Assembly (NCBI GenBank): GCA_965203465.1
Contig: CBDBCR010000001.1
Coordinates: forward strand, 352,001-416,000
DNA length: 64,000 nt
Direction of reading: 5' to 3'
Source: Nitrosopumilaceae archaeon
GTDB lineage: Archaea; Thermoproteota; Nitrososphaeria; Nitrososphaerales; Nitrosopumilaceae
Shown one piece after another: positions 28,876 through 38,467 of the stretch. Numbering within the stretch: position 1 is the first letter of the stretch; every line of letters starts with the position of its first letter. The position numbers and the translations under genes were made by a program. The notes beneath the pieces were generated by a model. The model was not told the DNA's origin, searched no databases, and was given only the letters and a program-made list of their open reading frames with translations.

Positions 28876-29133
28876 TCAGGCCATGTCCCTGCGCTCTACT
28901 ATCATGTCCTGCATGCTTTTGAGATCGTCCCGGACTTCGGTAAAGTTTTTCGCGATATGGTCAAAGAGCACGATCCCGAACTCGTACTCTTTCGTCTTTA
29001 GGATCTGATCCAGCGCGCGGCGGGCGATCCTGAGGTGGTCTTTTCCGTCGGGGTTTTCCGACCTGATCTCCCTCATGCGGCGCATGGTCAGATTCAGCCT
29101 CCTCTCGTCGAGCACGGACATGCTTTCGCTCAC
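28876..29133 (-). CDS. Hypothetical helical protein
   Basis: 85-aa ORF with protein-like composition and AT-rich upstream sequence. Confidence 0.6.
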   Translation of the reverse strand: MSESMSVLDERRLNLTMRRMREIRSENPDGKDHLRIARRALDQILKTKEYEFGIVLFDHIAKNFTEVRDDLKSMQDMIVERRDMA

Positions 29134-29258
29134 GCCTCAACGGCCGTCCGTTGGCAAATATATCTTGCGCAAGGGCCGTGCCCGGACCGCCATGCGCGCA
29201 GCGGAGGAATCCAAGCCGCCTCTAAAGCAATTAATACGGCCGGGCGGGGGCCGGGGCC

Positions 29259-29747
29259 GTGTACAGCCCAGGCGGGACGGTCGACACGCTCGGCCTCCTA
29301 TTCGACAAGCTCCAGTCGCTCTTCGACGAATCGCAGGGCTACTACGAATCCTTCCTAGACACAAACAACCTGTACAAGCAGGGCAAGCTGTCCGACAAGG
29401 AGTTTTTCCAAAAGCTGGGCGACTACGTGGTGGCATATTCCGCACTCGAGTTCCTCGCCGTAAAGGTGCTCTTTGAGGTCCGCAAGTCGCTCGGGCCCGT
29501 CCAGACGCAGTCGCCGGGCCTCATGCCGGGCGTGGGGCAGCCGGGTCCGGCCGCCGGCCCGCATCCGGGCTCCGCCTCCAACCCGGTCGGGGGCCCGCCC
29601 GGCATCGTCTCGGCGGCAGAGGGCTTCGGCAGGCCGGGGACCCTGCCCGCGCCGGACAGGTCCGCGGATCCGGGGTGCGGCTCGTGCGGGGCCGAGCTGC
29701 GGGCCGGCGCCAAATTCTGCACAAAGTGCGGCGCGCGCGCGGCCTAG
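29259..29747 (+). CDS. Zinc-ribbon domain protein
   Basis: C-terminal CGSCG..AKFCTKCG. Confidence 0.85.
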   Translation: MYSPGGTVDTLGLLFDKLQSLFDESQGYYESFLDTNNLYKQGKLSDKEFFQKLGDYVVAYSALEFLAVKVLFEVRKSLGPVQTQSPGLMPGVGQPGPAAGPHPGSASNPVGGPPGIVSAAEGFGRPGTLPAPDRSADPGCGSCGAELRAGAKFCTKCGARAA

Positions 29748-29783
29748 AAACCAATATACGTAAACCCGGCGCCGCCGCGGCCG

Positions 29784-30110
29784 TTGAAGGTCTTTGACGG
29801 CAAAAAGGCGGCGCAGGAATACATGTCGGCCCACACGCTGGCCTTTTCGACGCCCGAGATGACGCTGACCCGGTTTGCAATGTGGCTGGGCGACGCGGTG
29901 CCCGACCCGTCGGATCCTTCAAAGACGATGCCGCGCACCGACTCTTTTCTGACGGACGGGCGGCCCTCGCAGGTGGTCGACGACCGCTACCAGCCCAGCG
30001 GGGCCGTGCTCCACACCGGGCCGGCCGGGGGGCGCTTCTGCCCCGAGTGCGGCGCGGCAGTCTCCAAAGAGGCCAAGTTCTGCCCCGAGTGCGGCAGCGG
30101 CCAGGACTAG
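29784..30110 (+). CDS. Zinc-ribbon domain protein
   Basis: FCPECG..AKFCPECG. Confidence 0.85.
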   Translation: MKVFDGKKAAQEYMSAHTLAFSTPEMTLTRFAMWLGDAVPDPSDPSKTMPRTDSFLTDGRPSQVVDDRYQPSGAVLHTGPAGGRFCPECGAAVSKEAKFCPECGSGQD

Positions 30111-30179
30111 GGCGCCGGATCCCCGCGCTCCGGCCGCCAATGATCTTGGTTTATTAAGCCGCCGCCGCCCGGCGCTCGC

Positions 30180-30632
30180 GTGGCGAAGGTCTACGACGTG
30201 CCGGCCCAAGAGCTGGTCGGCAGGCTGGCATCGGAGCTAAAGTCCGAGGACGTGCGGGTGCCGGCCTGGGCGGCCTTTGTCAAGACGGGGGCGCACGCCG
30301 ACAAGCCCCCGCAGGCCGAGGACTGGTGGCACATGCGCTGCGCCTCGCTGCTCCGCAAGCTGTACCTGCACGGGCCCGTCGGGGTCTCGTGGCTGCGCCG
30401 CGAGTACGGCGGGGGCAGGCCGCGCGGCTACGGCGCGCGCAACCACCGCGACGCGGGCGGCGCCATCATACGCGGCGCCATACGCGAGATGGAGAGGCTG
30501 GGGTACGTCTCGAGGGCCGAAAAGCGCGGGCGCACCCTCACCAAGGAGGGCGTCAAAAAGCTCGACAGGCTGTCAACGTCAATTCTGGGGGACATGGCCT
30601 CGAAAGAGCCGGCCCTAAAGGTGTACTCTTGA
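30180..30632 (+). CDS. rps19e: 30S ribosomal protein S19e
   Basis: WAAFVKTG, WWHMRCASLLRKLY. Confidence 0.96.
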   Translation: MAKVYDVPAQELVGRLASELKSEDVRVPAWAAFVKTGAHADKPPQAEDWWHMRCASLLRKLYLHGPVGVSWLRREYGGGRPRGYGARNHRDAGGAIIRGAIREMERLGYVSRAEKRGRTLTKEGVKKLDRLSTSILGDMASKEPALKVYS

Positions 30633-30898
30633 GCGCCGAGGGCCAGCCCGCCGACGGGCGGGCAGAGGACGCGGCCGCGCGCGAGGCGGCCATCCGCCGC
30701 ATACTGGAGCCCGAGGCGCGCGCGCGCCTCTCCAACATCAGGATGGTAAAGCCGGAGCTGGCGGCCGCTGTCGAAAACTACCTGATCGGCATGGGGGCCC
30801 AGGGCCGACTGGAGCTGCCCGTGACAGACGCGCAGCTAAAGCAGGTGCTGCTCTCCGCCCAGCAGCCCAAGCGCGACTTTAGGATGAGCCGAGTATAA
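30629..30898 (+). CDS. PDCD5/TFAR19-like DNA-binding protein
   Basis: ILEPEARARLSNIRMVKPELA; follows rps19e. Confidence 0.9.
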   Translation: MSAEGQPADGRAEDAAAREAAIRRILEPEARARLSNIRMVKPELAAAVENYLIGMGAQGRLELPVTDAQLKQVLLSAQQPKRDFRMSRV

Positions 30899-30929
30899 CT
30901 ATAATTATGGGCTCCCCGGGGGCCCGCCC

Positions 30930-32003
30930 GTGAAGGCCGTAGTCTACGACGAGTACGCCCCCGACGACGACTATGCGCGCATACTCAAGGTCAAAGATCT
31001 GGAGGAGCCCAAGCCAAAGGCCGACGAGGTCGTGTTCCGCGTGCGGGCCGCGGCCCTAAACTACAACGACATCTGGGGCATGCGCGGCCAGCCCGTGGCC
31101 GTCCCCCTCCCGCACGTCTCGGGCTCGGACGCGGCCGGCGACGTGGTGTCGGTGGGCGAGGACGTCAAGAACATCGAGGTGGGCGACAGGGTCGTCTCGC
31201 ACTCGAACATGGCGTGCCGGGTCTGCCAGGCCTGCACCGACGGGCGCGAGTTCGACTGCACAAAGAGGACCATCTGGGGGTTCCAGACGGGCCCCACGTG
31301 GGGCGCCTACCAGGAGGTCACCCACCTGCCCGAGGTCAACGTCTCAAAGCTGCCAGACGGCGTCTCTTACGAGGACGCGGCGGCGGCCTCCATGACGCTG
31401 CTCACGTCCTGGCACATGCTGGTGGGCCGCGCCAAGATAAAACCAGGCCAGACGGTCCTGATCATGGGCGGCGGCTCGGGCGTCGGCAGCTTTGGGATCC
31501 AGATAGCCAAACTGTACAACTGCGACGTGATAGCCACGGCCAGCCCGGACAAGCTCGACAAGTGCCTGGAGCTTGGCGCCGACCACGCCGTGGACCACCG
31601 CAAGGAGGACTGGCACAAGGAGGTGCGCTCCATCACCAAGGGCATAGCAAAGTCAAAGGGCGAGGCGCCCGGCATCGACATTTCGTTCGACCACATCGGG
31701 CAGACCCACTGGAACCAGCAGCTGACGCTGCTAAAGTACGGCGCCACGCTGGTCTCGTGCGGGGCCACCACCGGCTACGACGCAAAGACCGACCTGCGCC
31801 ACATCTTCTTCAAGGGGACCAACATACTCGGCTCCACCCAGGGAACCAAGGCGGAGCTCGACCAGGGGCTGTACTGGATGTCGCGCGGCAAGATAAAGTC
31901 GGCCATAGATTCGACGTACTCGTTCGAGCAGGCCGCCGAGGCGCACACAAAGATGCTCACCGGCAAGGGCCTGTTCGGCAAGATACTGCTAAAGCCGCAG
32001 TGA
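30930..32003 (+). CDS. Zinc-binding medium-chain dehydrogenase/reductase
   Basis: PHVSGSDAAG, CRVCQAC, GGGSGVG. Confidence 0.93.
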   Translation: MKAVVYDEYAPDDDYARILKVKDLEEPKPKADEVVFRVRAAALNYNDIWGMRGQPVAVPLPHVSGSDAAGDVVSVGEDVKNIEVGDRVVSHSNMACRVCQACTDGREFDCTKRTIWGFQTGPTWGAYQEVTHLPEVNVSKLPDGVSYEDAAAASMTLLTSWHMLVGRAKIKPGQTVLIMGGGSGVGSFGIQIAKLYNCDVIATASPDKLDKCLELGADHAVDHRKEDWHKEVRSITKGIAKSKGEAPGIDISFDHIGQTHWNQQLTLLKYGATLVSCGATTGYDAKTDLRHIFFKGTNILGSTQGTKAELDQGLYWMSRGKIKSAIDSTYSFEQAAEAHTKMLTGKGLFGKILLKPQ

Positions 32004-32842
32004 TCGGCTTGGGGTACCGGAGCCTCGCGTTCGTGCCCGGAAACAACGCGCGGTTCCTGGAAAAGTCGCGCCTTTTGAACGCCGACATCGTCTGTCTCGA
32101 CCTGGAGGATTCCGTGCCGCCGGACCGCAAGGGCGAGGCGCGCCGGATGGCCGGGGCAGAGCTGGGCTCGGGGCACCTCGGGCGGGTGTTCCTGCGAACC
32201 AACAGCCCCGACTCGGGGCTGATCGAAAGCGACCTGGAGGCTGCCGGCCCCGGCCTCGACGGCGTCGTGGTGCCCAAGGTCTCGGACTTGGCGCAGCTGG
32301 AAGGGGTGTTCCGGATCCTGGAGGCGGCCGAAAGGAGGGCGGGCTTGGAAAAACTCGAGGTGATCCCGTCCGTAGAATCCGCCCGCGGGGTGGCCAACGC
32401 GCGCGAGCTGGCCTCGCCGGGGCGCGTGCGCGCCGTGGTCTTTGGCGTCTTTGACTTTCTTGACGACATGGGCATAGAGTACCAAAAGGGCTCGCCGGGC
32501 GCCGCGCACGCGCGCGCCCTCGTGCCGCTCGCCGCGCGCGCCGAGGGCAAGTCTGCCATCGACGCCATATGGCAGGATCTGAAGGACGCGCCGGGCCTGG
32601 AGAAAGACTGCGCCGAGGGGCGCGCGCTGGGATACGCCGGCAAGAGCGTCATACACCCCGGGCAGCTGGGCGCGGTGCACCGCGCCTTCGGGCCGACGCG
32701 AAAAGAGCTCGACTGGGCGCGGCGCGTGCGCTCGGCCTACGAGGAATCGGCCTCGCGGGGGCGCGGCGCCACGGCCATAGACGGCGTCATGATAGACGAG
32801 GTGCACTACCGGCGCGCGCGCGACCTGCTAGAATCCGCGTAG
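32000..32842 (+). CDS. CitE-like (HpcH/HpaI) CoA-ester lyase
   Basis: RSLAFVPG, DLEDSV, GKSVIHPGQ, MIDEVH. Confidence 0.92.
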   Translation: MIGLGYRSLAFVPGNNARFLEKSRLLNADIVCLDLEDSVPPDRKGEARRMAGAELGSGHLGRVFLRTNSPDSGLIESDLEAAGPGLDGVVVPKVSDLAQLEGVFRILEAAERRAGLEKLEVIPSVESARGVANARELASPGRVRAVVFGVFDFLDDMGIEYQKGSPGAAHARALVPLAARAEGKSAIDAIWQDLKDAPGLEKDCAEGRALGYAGKSVIHPGQLGAVHRAFGPTRKELDWARRVRSAYEESASRGRGATAIDGVMIDEVHYRRARDLLESA

Positions 32843-33709
32843 CCCCTGCGGGCGGACCGTCTCGGGGTGGGATCTGATCCAGGCTATGCGCTCGAGCATC
32901 GCCTCCTTGTCGCCCGGCAGGGTCCCGCCGACCGTGTAGGCGTTGGAGCCGTGGTTGGAGCGGAACACGATGCTCCTGTCCGTCTCTATGCCGGCCACCA
33001 GGCCCTCCAGCTCTTCGACGGCCTCCTCGTCGCTTATGCGCTCGAAGGGCTCGCCGTACTTTTCCAGGAACTCGCCCTTTGTGCCGTTCTCCATGTACAG
33101 CGTCAGGGCGCCGACGTAGTCGGGCTTTACGGCGCTGATCACCTCGGCGGTGCCGCGCACGTGCTGCCCCGAGTACTTTTTGCCGCCGAGCCCCAGTATC
33201 ACCATGCACGAGAGCGCGTAGCCGGCCCCGCGGGCCTTTGCGCACGCCCTCACTATGGTGGCAGCGACGGCCCCCTTTGTGACCTTTTTGAGGACGGTGT
33301 CCGAGCCGCTCTCTATCCCGACGTACAGCATGTCCAGGCCCGCCTCCCTCATGCGCTCCAGCTCGGCGGGCGTCTTTTTGAGCAGGTTCATCGGCATGGC
33401 GTAGCACGAGACCCTCTCCAACTGCGCAAAGCTTGCCCGCAGGTGCCGCAGTATCCTGACCATGTACTCCGTGTCCAGGTTGAGCGCGTCGCCGTCGGCG
33501 AGGAAGACGCGCCGGGTGCCGGGGAACGCGCGCGCCATCAGGTCTATCTCGGACTTTACCTGGTCCCACGGGCGCTCGGCGTATTCCTTGGACCTGTACA
33601 TGTCGCAGAACGAGCACTCGTTGAACGAGCAGCCCAGCGTCACCTGGAATATCATGGAGCGCGCCTCGGAGGGGGGGCGGTACAGCGGGTAGTCGTATGC
33701 AAGCTCCAC
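32828..33709 (-). CDS. Radical SAM protein
   Basis: YRPPSEA and CSFNECSFC. Confidence 0.92.
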   Translation of the reverse strand: MELAYDYPLYRPPSEARSMIFQVTLGCSFNECSFCDMYRSKEYAERPWDQVKSEIDLMARAFPGTRRVFLADGDALNLDTEYMVRILRHLRASFAQLERVSCYAMPMNLLKKTPAELERMREAGLDMLYVGIESGSDTVLKKVTKGAVAATIVRACAKARGAGYALSCMVILGLGGKKYSGQHVRGTAEVISAVKPDYVGALTLYMENGTKGEFLEKYGEPFERISDEEAVEELEGLVAGIETDRSIVFRSNHGSNAYTVGGTLPGDKEAMLERIAWIRSHPETVRPQGLRGF

Positions 33710-33762
33710 GGGCGGCCCCCCGGATCTTGGGATTTTTATGTTTGCCCCCGCAGGCCCGCGCC

Positions 33763-34053
33763 ATGCCGGGCGACCCACACACGCGGCGCCTCATCTGGTT
33801 CGTCTTTGCCGGCTCGCGCGGCGGGCACAACCGGGCCAGGCTGGTCAGGCAGATATCGTCGTCGCCGGCCAACGCCAACCAGCTGGCCGGCGCGCTGGGC
33901 ATAGACTACAAGGCCGTGCAGCACCACCTGCGCGTGCTGGAACGGAACGGCATGGTCGAGCGCGCCGGCGGGAAATACGGCGCGGTGTACTTTCCGTCCG
34001 GCCTGCTCGAGGCCAACATGGAATCGTTCCTGGAATTGGACAAAGGTAAATAA
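33763..34053 (+). CDS. ArsR-like winged-helix regulator
   Basis: GSRGGHNR..NANQLA..YKAVQHHLRVL. Confidence 0.88.
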   Translation: MPGDPHTRRLIWFVFAGSRGGHNRARLVRQISSSPANANQLAGALGIDYKAVQHHLRVLERNGMVERAGGKYGAVYFPSGLLEANMESFLELDKGK

Positions 34054-34076
34054 GCGAACCGAGCCGCCTTGCACCC

Positions 34077-34361
34077 ATGGAGCCCACTTCGCTGGTGCTT
34101 TCGGCCGTCTCGATCGCCAACATGGGCGTGCTGGGGGTGCTCATGGCGCTGTTCGGGCGCATGTACTCGCGCACGCGCGCGCAGCTGCCGCTGGGCATGG
34201 TCGTAGTCGCGGCCATGCTGCTGCTGCACAACGCAATCGGGGCCACGGCGTACTTTTCCATGGACGAGCTGTTCTCGCACGACATATTCCCGTACATGCT
34301 CGGAGTCGGCATCGCCGAGCTTGCGGGACTGCTCATATTCCTAAAGATAACGCTGGACTAG
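34077..34361 (+). CDS. Small membrane protein
   Basis: Three hydrophobic helices; follows the HTH gene. Confidence 0.75.
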   Translation: MEPTSLVLSAVSIANMGVLGVLMALFGRMYSRTRAQLPLGMVVVAAMLLLHNAIGATAYFSMDELFSHDIFPYMLGVGIAELAGLLIFLKITLD

Positions 34362-34394
34362 GGCTTTAAAGGGGGCCCGGCGCGCCGCGCGGGG

Positions 34395-36515
34395 TTGGAC
34401 GTACGGTCGCTGGAGCTGCCGCCGCAGGCGCGGGATCTCCTGGAAAAGCAGGGATACTCAAAGCTGTACCCGCCGCAGGCAAAGGCGGTGCGCGCCGGGT
34501 TGCTGGGCGGCAGGAGCGTCGTGGTCTCGGCGCCGACGGCCAGCGGCAAGACTCTAATCGCTACCATGGCCATGATGGCGCACCTGGAGGGCCGGCCGGG
34601 GAGGGCCGTGTACCTAAGCCCGCTGCGCGCGCTCGCGGCCGAAAAGCGCCGCGAGTTCGACAGGCTTTCGGAGATACCGCTGGGCGGCTCGCACCCGCGC
34701 ACGGCCATATCGACGGGCGACTCGCCGCGCTTCGCGGCCGGCCGGGCGCGCATACTCGTGCTGACCAACGAATCGATGGACGCCTCGCTGAGGGGCAGCG
34801 CCGCCTGGACGCGCGAGATAGGCCTGGTCATAGTCGACGAGGTGCACCTGGTCGGGGATCCAGAGCGCGGGCCCACGCTCGAGACGGTGCTGGCGCGCCT
34901 GGCCCGCATGAGGCCGCGCCCCCAGCTGGTCTGCCTGAGCGCGACGGTCACCAACTCGGCAGAGATAGCAAAGTGGCTGGACTGCAGGCTGGTGAGCAGC
35001 GACTGGAGGCCAGTGCCCCTCTCCGAGGGCGTCTGGGATTCGGGGACCGTCAGGGTGCCCGGGGGCAAAGACTACGAGGTGGACGCGAGCAGGCGCGGGC
35101 CGGCCATAGACGTAGCGCTCGACGCGGTGCGGTCGGGCAGCCAGTCGCTCGTGTTCGCAGAGACGCGCGCCCGCGCGGCCTCGCTTGCGCTAAAGTCGGC
35201 CGACGCGGTCAAAAAGGCGCTCTCCGCAGGCGAGCTGGAAACGCTCGCCGGGGCGGCGCGGCGGCTGCGCGAGGACCCCGAGGCCACCGAGCTTGTCCAC
35301 AGGCTCGCAGACGCGATCTCGTCGGGCGCCGCGTTCCACCACGCCGGCCTGCCCCAGGAATGCAGGGAGACCGTCGAGGACAATTTCCGCGGCGGCGCCA
35401 TAAAGCTAGTCGCCTCGACGCCGACGCTGGCAGCGGGGATCAACCTGCCCGCGCGCAGGGTGGTCATATCCAGCGTGACCCGGTACGATCCGGCCGCCGG
35501 CTACAACAAGCCCATCAGCGTGATGGAGTACAAGCAGCTGTGCGGCAGGGCCGGCAGGCCCCAGTACGACAAGCGAGGAGAATCGGTCATAGTCTCGGGC
35601 GGCTCTGCCACCGCCGACGAGATAGCCGACAGGTACGTGCACGGGGAGCCCGAGCCGGTGGTCTCGCGCATGGCCGCGCCGCGGCCCCTGCGGATACACG
35701 CGCTCTCGCTGATGGTCACCGATCCGGGCATCGGGCGCGAGCAGCTGGGCGAGTTTTTCGCCGGCACGCTGGGCGGCGCGCAGGACGACGGAAGCCTGGA
35801 CCTGACGCTCGATGCGGCCGTCGACTTTTTAGAGTCCGAGGGCCTGGCCGAATCGGGCGACGGGTACCGGGCCACGCGCTTCGGCAGGCTCGCCTCGCGG
35901 CTGTACCTGGATCCGGCCACGGCTGTCAGCATACGCAACGGCCTGGAGGCGTCGCGGCCGGGCAGGTGCGGGTTCGGCCTGCTGCACCTGGTCTCGGAGT
36001 GCCCCGAGTTTTTTCCGCGCATGTACATGCGCGAAAAGGATCTGCCGGAGGCGCAGCTGCTCATAGAGGCGCACAAGTCCGAGATGCTCGAGCCGGTGTA
36101 CGCGGACGGGTGCAACCGCAGCCTGCTGGCGCTGTACAGGTGGATGTCCGAGGAGCCGGCGCGCCAGATATCGCAGGATCTCAAGGTGGAGCTTGGCGAC
36201 ATGCGCCGCATAGCCGAGAGCGCCGAGAGGCTGCTGTTCTGCACCGCGCAGCTGGCGCGCGGCTTCGAGAGGGGCGAGCTGTCCGGCGAGCTGGAGCAGC
36301 TGCGCGCGAGGGCCGCCTACGGCGTGCGCGCCGAGCTGTGCGAGCTGGTGCGGCTGCGCGGGGTCGGGCGCGTGCGCGCGAGGGCGATGTACAGGCGCGG
36401 CCTGCGCACGCTCCGGGACGTGCGCGGTGCCGACGAGGAAAAACTTTCGCGCATAGAGGGGATGGGGCCGGCGACGGCGCGCAGCATAAAGGCGCACCTG
36501 CGGCGGCTGGGCTGA
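34395..36515 (+). CDS. hel308: Ski2-like DNA helicase Hel308
   Basis: PTASGKT, DEVH, LSAT, FHHAGL, GRAGRP and a C-terminal HhH. Confidence 0.93.
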   Translation: MDVRSLELPPQARDLLEKQGYSKLYPPQAKAVRAGLLGGRSVVVSAPTASGKTLIATMAMMAHLEGRPGRAVYLSPLRALAAEKRREFDRLSEIPLGGSHPRTAISTGDSPRFAAGRARILVLTNESMDASLRGSAAWTREIGLVIVDEVHLVGDPERGPTLETVLARLARMRPRPQLVCLSATVTNSAEIAKWLDCRLVSSDWRPVPLSEGVWDSGTVRVPGGKDYEVDASRRGPAIDVALDAVRSGSQSLVFAETRARAASLALKSADAVKKALSAGELETLAGAARRLREDPEATELVHRLADAISSGAAFHHAGLPQECRETVEDNFRGGAIKLVASTPTLAAGINLPARRVVISSVTRYDPAAGYNKPISVMEYKQLCGRAGRPQYDKRGESVIVSGGSATADEIADRYVHGEPEPVVSRMAAPRPLRIHALSLMVTDPGIGREQLGEFFAGTLGGAQDDGSLDLTLDAAVDFLESEGLAESGDGYRATRFGRLASRLYLDPATAVSIRNGLEASRPGRCGFGLLHLVSECPEFFPRMYMREKDLPEAQLLIEAHKSEMLEPVYADGCNRSLLALYRWMSEEPARQISQDLKVELGDMRRIAESAERLLFCTAQLARGFERGELSGELEQLRARAAYGVRAELCELVRLRGVGRVRARAMYRRGLRTLRDVRGADEEKLSRIEGMGPATARSIKAHLRRLG

Positions 36516-37508
36516 TTGCTGGAAATACTGGCCGCCTCGGCCGCCTCGCTCGCGGTCTCGCTGGCCGCCACGCCGCCCCTGATCCGGGCGCTGCGCAGGC
36601 GCGGCAGCACGGCGCCAGACCTGCACAAGCCGGGCAGGCCGCAGGTGGCCTCGCCTGGCGGGCCCGCGCTGCTCGCCGGGATCGCGGCTGGCCTGTGCGC
36701 GGCGTACCTGTTTTCGCCCGGCCCCGATCTCCTGGCGGTGCTGCTCACGGCGGCGGCCGGCTTCGCGGTGGGGTACGTAGACGACCGGAAGGTCACGCCC
36801 GGCTGGTTCAAGCCGGCGGCCCTGGCGGGGGCGGCCGCGCCGCTGCTGCTGCTAGGCGCATACGATCACTCGCTGGCCTTCCCGCTGTTCGGCCCGGTGA
36901 GCATACCGGTACTGTACGCCGGCGTGGCCGTCGCGGCGGTCTCGGTGAGCGGCAACACCGTCAATTCCATAGACATATTCAACGGGCTGGCGAGCGGGTT
37001 CGTCGCCATAGCCGGCGCGGCCCTGACGGCCGGCATACTGGTAGTAGAATCGCTGGGCCCCTCGCCCGAGTACGGGGCCGCCGCGGCCGGCGCGGCGCTC
37101 ACGTTCGCCGCGCTGGGCTTCCGCAGGTACCACCGCTTCCCCAGCTCGGTGTTCCCGGGCAACTCGGGGGCGCTGGCACTCGGCGCCGCCTACGGGGCGG
37201 TGGCCGTCGCCGGCGGGGCCGAGGTGATAGCCGCCGTCGCGGCGCTGCCCGCCGTACTAAACTCGTTCCTGTACCTCGCGAGCGTGCGCCGGCTGGCCGA
37301 GCACCGCGACGTGGCGAGGCCCGTGCGCCTCGGCCAGGATTCAAAGCTGCACGATACGCGCGACGCGCTCGCGCCCATGACGCTCGCGCGCCTGATACTG
37401 TCGAGACGCCCCATGGGCGAAAAAGAGGCCGCCGGGGCCATACTGCGCCTGGCCGCGTTTTCGGGCGCGCTTGCCGTGATCACGGCCCTGCTGCAGGGGA
37501 TGACATGA
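36516..37508 (+). CDS. UDP-GlcNAc:dolichyl-phosphate GlcNAc-1-phosphate transferase (MraY/AglH family)
   Basis: DLHKP, GYVDD, NSIDIFNGL and VFPGN; many TM helices. Confidence 0.88.
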   Translation: MLEILAASAASLAVSLAATPPLIRALRRRGSTAPDLHKPGRPQVASPGGPALLAGIAAGLCAAYLFSPGPDLLAVLLTAAAGFAVGYVDDRKVTPGWFKPAALAGAAAPLLLLGAYDHSLAFPLFGPVSIPVLYAGVAVAAVSVSGNTVNSIDIFNGLASGFVAIAGAALTAGILVVESLGPSPEYGAAAAGAALTFAALGFRRYHRFPSSVFPGNSGALALGAAYGAVAVAGGAEVIAAVAALPAVLNSFLYLASVRRLAEHRDVARPVRLGQDSKLHDTRDALAPMTLARLILSRRPMGEKEAAGAILRLAAFSGALAVITALLQGMT

Positions 37509-37708
37509 TCCGCATCTACGGCATGATAACGGCCATGTGGGCATCGATAGTCTCGGGCGGCGCGCTGCTAGTGCTCGGGCTCGGGCCGCTCTCGCTTCCG
37601 GGCGGGGCCCTGCCCACCTCGGCGGTGCAGGCGGCCTGCGCCGTCGGGCTGGTCTCGGCGTGGGCCGCGATCTTTTACTCGCTGGCCAGACGGCTCTACG
37701 GGGCCTGA
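37505..37708 (+). CDS. Small membrane protein
   Basis: Two TM helices; ATGA overlap. Confidence 0.7.
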   Translation: MIRIYGMITAMWASIVSGGALLVLGLGPLSLPGGALPTSAVQAACAVGLVSAWAAIFYSLARRLYGA

Positions 37709-37733
37709 TCCGGGGCGCTTCAACGCGTTTTTG

Positions 37734-38228
37734 TCATTCCGGGCGCGCTTCCGGATCCCCCGCGGCCCACGCCTCCCGCTTCCGGTCGTACTGCGCGCGC
37801 GACATGACGCGCCGCGCGGGCGAGCCGGACACCACTTCTTCGGCCCCCACGTCGCGCGTCACGACCGCCCCCATGGCCACGACGGCGCGCTCGCCTATGC
37901 GGACGCCGGCCCCGACCGTCGCGTTGGCGCCGATGACGGCCCCGTCGCCGGCGCGCGCGCCGGACAGCCTGCCCGACGGCGGGTACGGATCGTTTGCGAA
38001 CACGGCGCCGGGCCCCACGAACACGCCGCGGCCGATGCGGGTCAGCGGCGCCACGTACGCGAGGGCGCCTATCCGGGAATCTTTTCCCACCACCGCGTCG
38101 CGGTCGACGTGCGCGAGCGCGCCCACCGAGGCGCCGTCCATCACGCGGGCGCGCGCGCCCACGTACGCAGAGTGCCACACGCGCGCGCCTTCCGAGACCG
38201 ACGCGCCCTCTTCTATCACAGGTGCCAC
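37734..38228 (-). CDS. Hexapeptide-repeat sugar N-acetyltransferase
   Basis: Hexapeptide repeats, FANDPYPPS, GSPAR. Confidence 0.88.
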   Translation of the reverse strand: MAPVIEEGASVSEGARVWHSAYVGARARVMDGASVGALAHVDRDAVVGKDSRIGALAYVAPLTRIGRGVFVGPGAVFANDPYPPSGRLSGARAGDGAVIGANATVGAGVRIGERAVVAMGAVVTRDVGAEEVVSGSPARRVMSRAQYDRKREAWAAGDPEARPE

Positions 38229-38467
38229 GGCCTGGCCTGCAGCCTTATCTTGTCGGGCAGCTCTGCGTGCTCTCTGAGGAACTCCAGCTCTTGGCCCTTT
38301 TCGCGCAGATCGTCGGGCAGCATGACGGGTATGCCGTCGGTTATCATGAAGAACCTGGTGCATTCGGTGCAGTACAGCGCCCCGGTGTCCCCGCCGCCGC
38401 CGTGCAACTCTAGCGGGTGGTGCTTGTCCGACGGGCACGCGAGCACGTCTAGCAGCTTTGGGTCCAT
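38216..38467 (-). CDS. Trm112 family protein
   Basis: LLDVLACPSDK...CTEC...DGIPVMLPD. Confidence 0.9.
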   Translation of the reverse strand: MDPKLLDVLACPSDKHHPLELHGGGGDTGALYCTECTRFFMITDGIPVMLPDDLREKGQELEFLREHAELPDKIRLQARPWHL

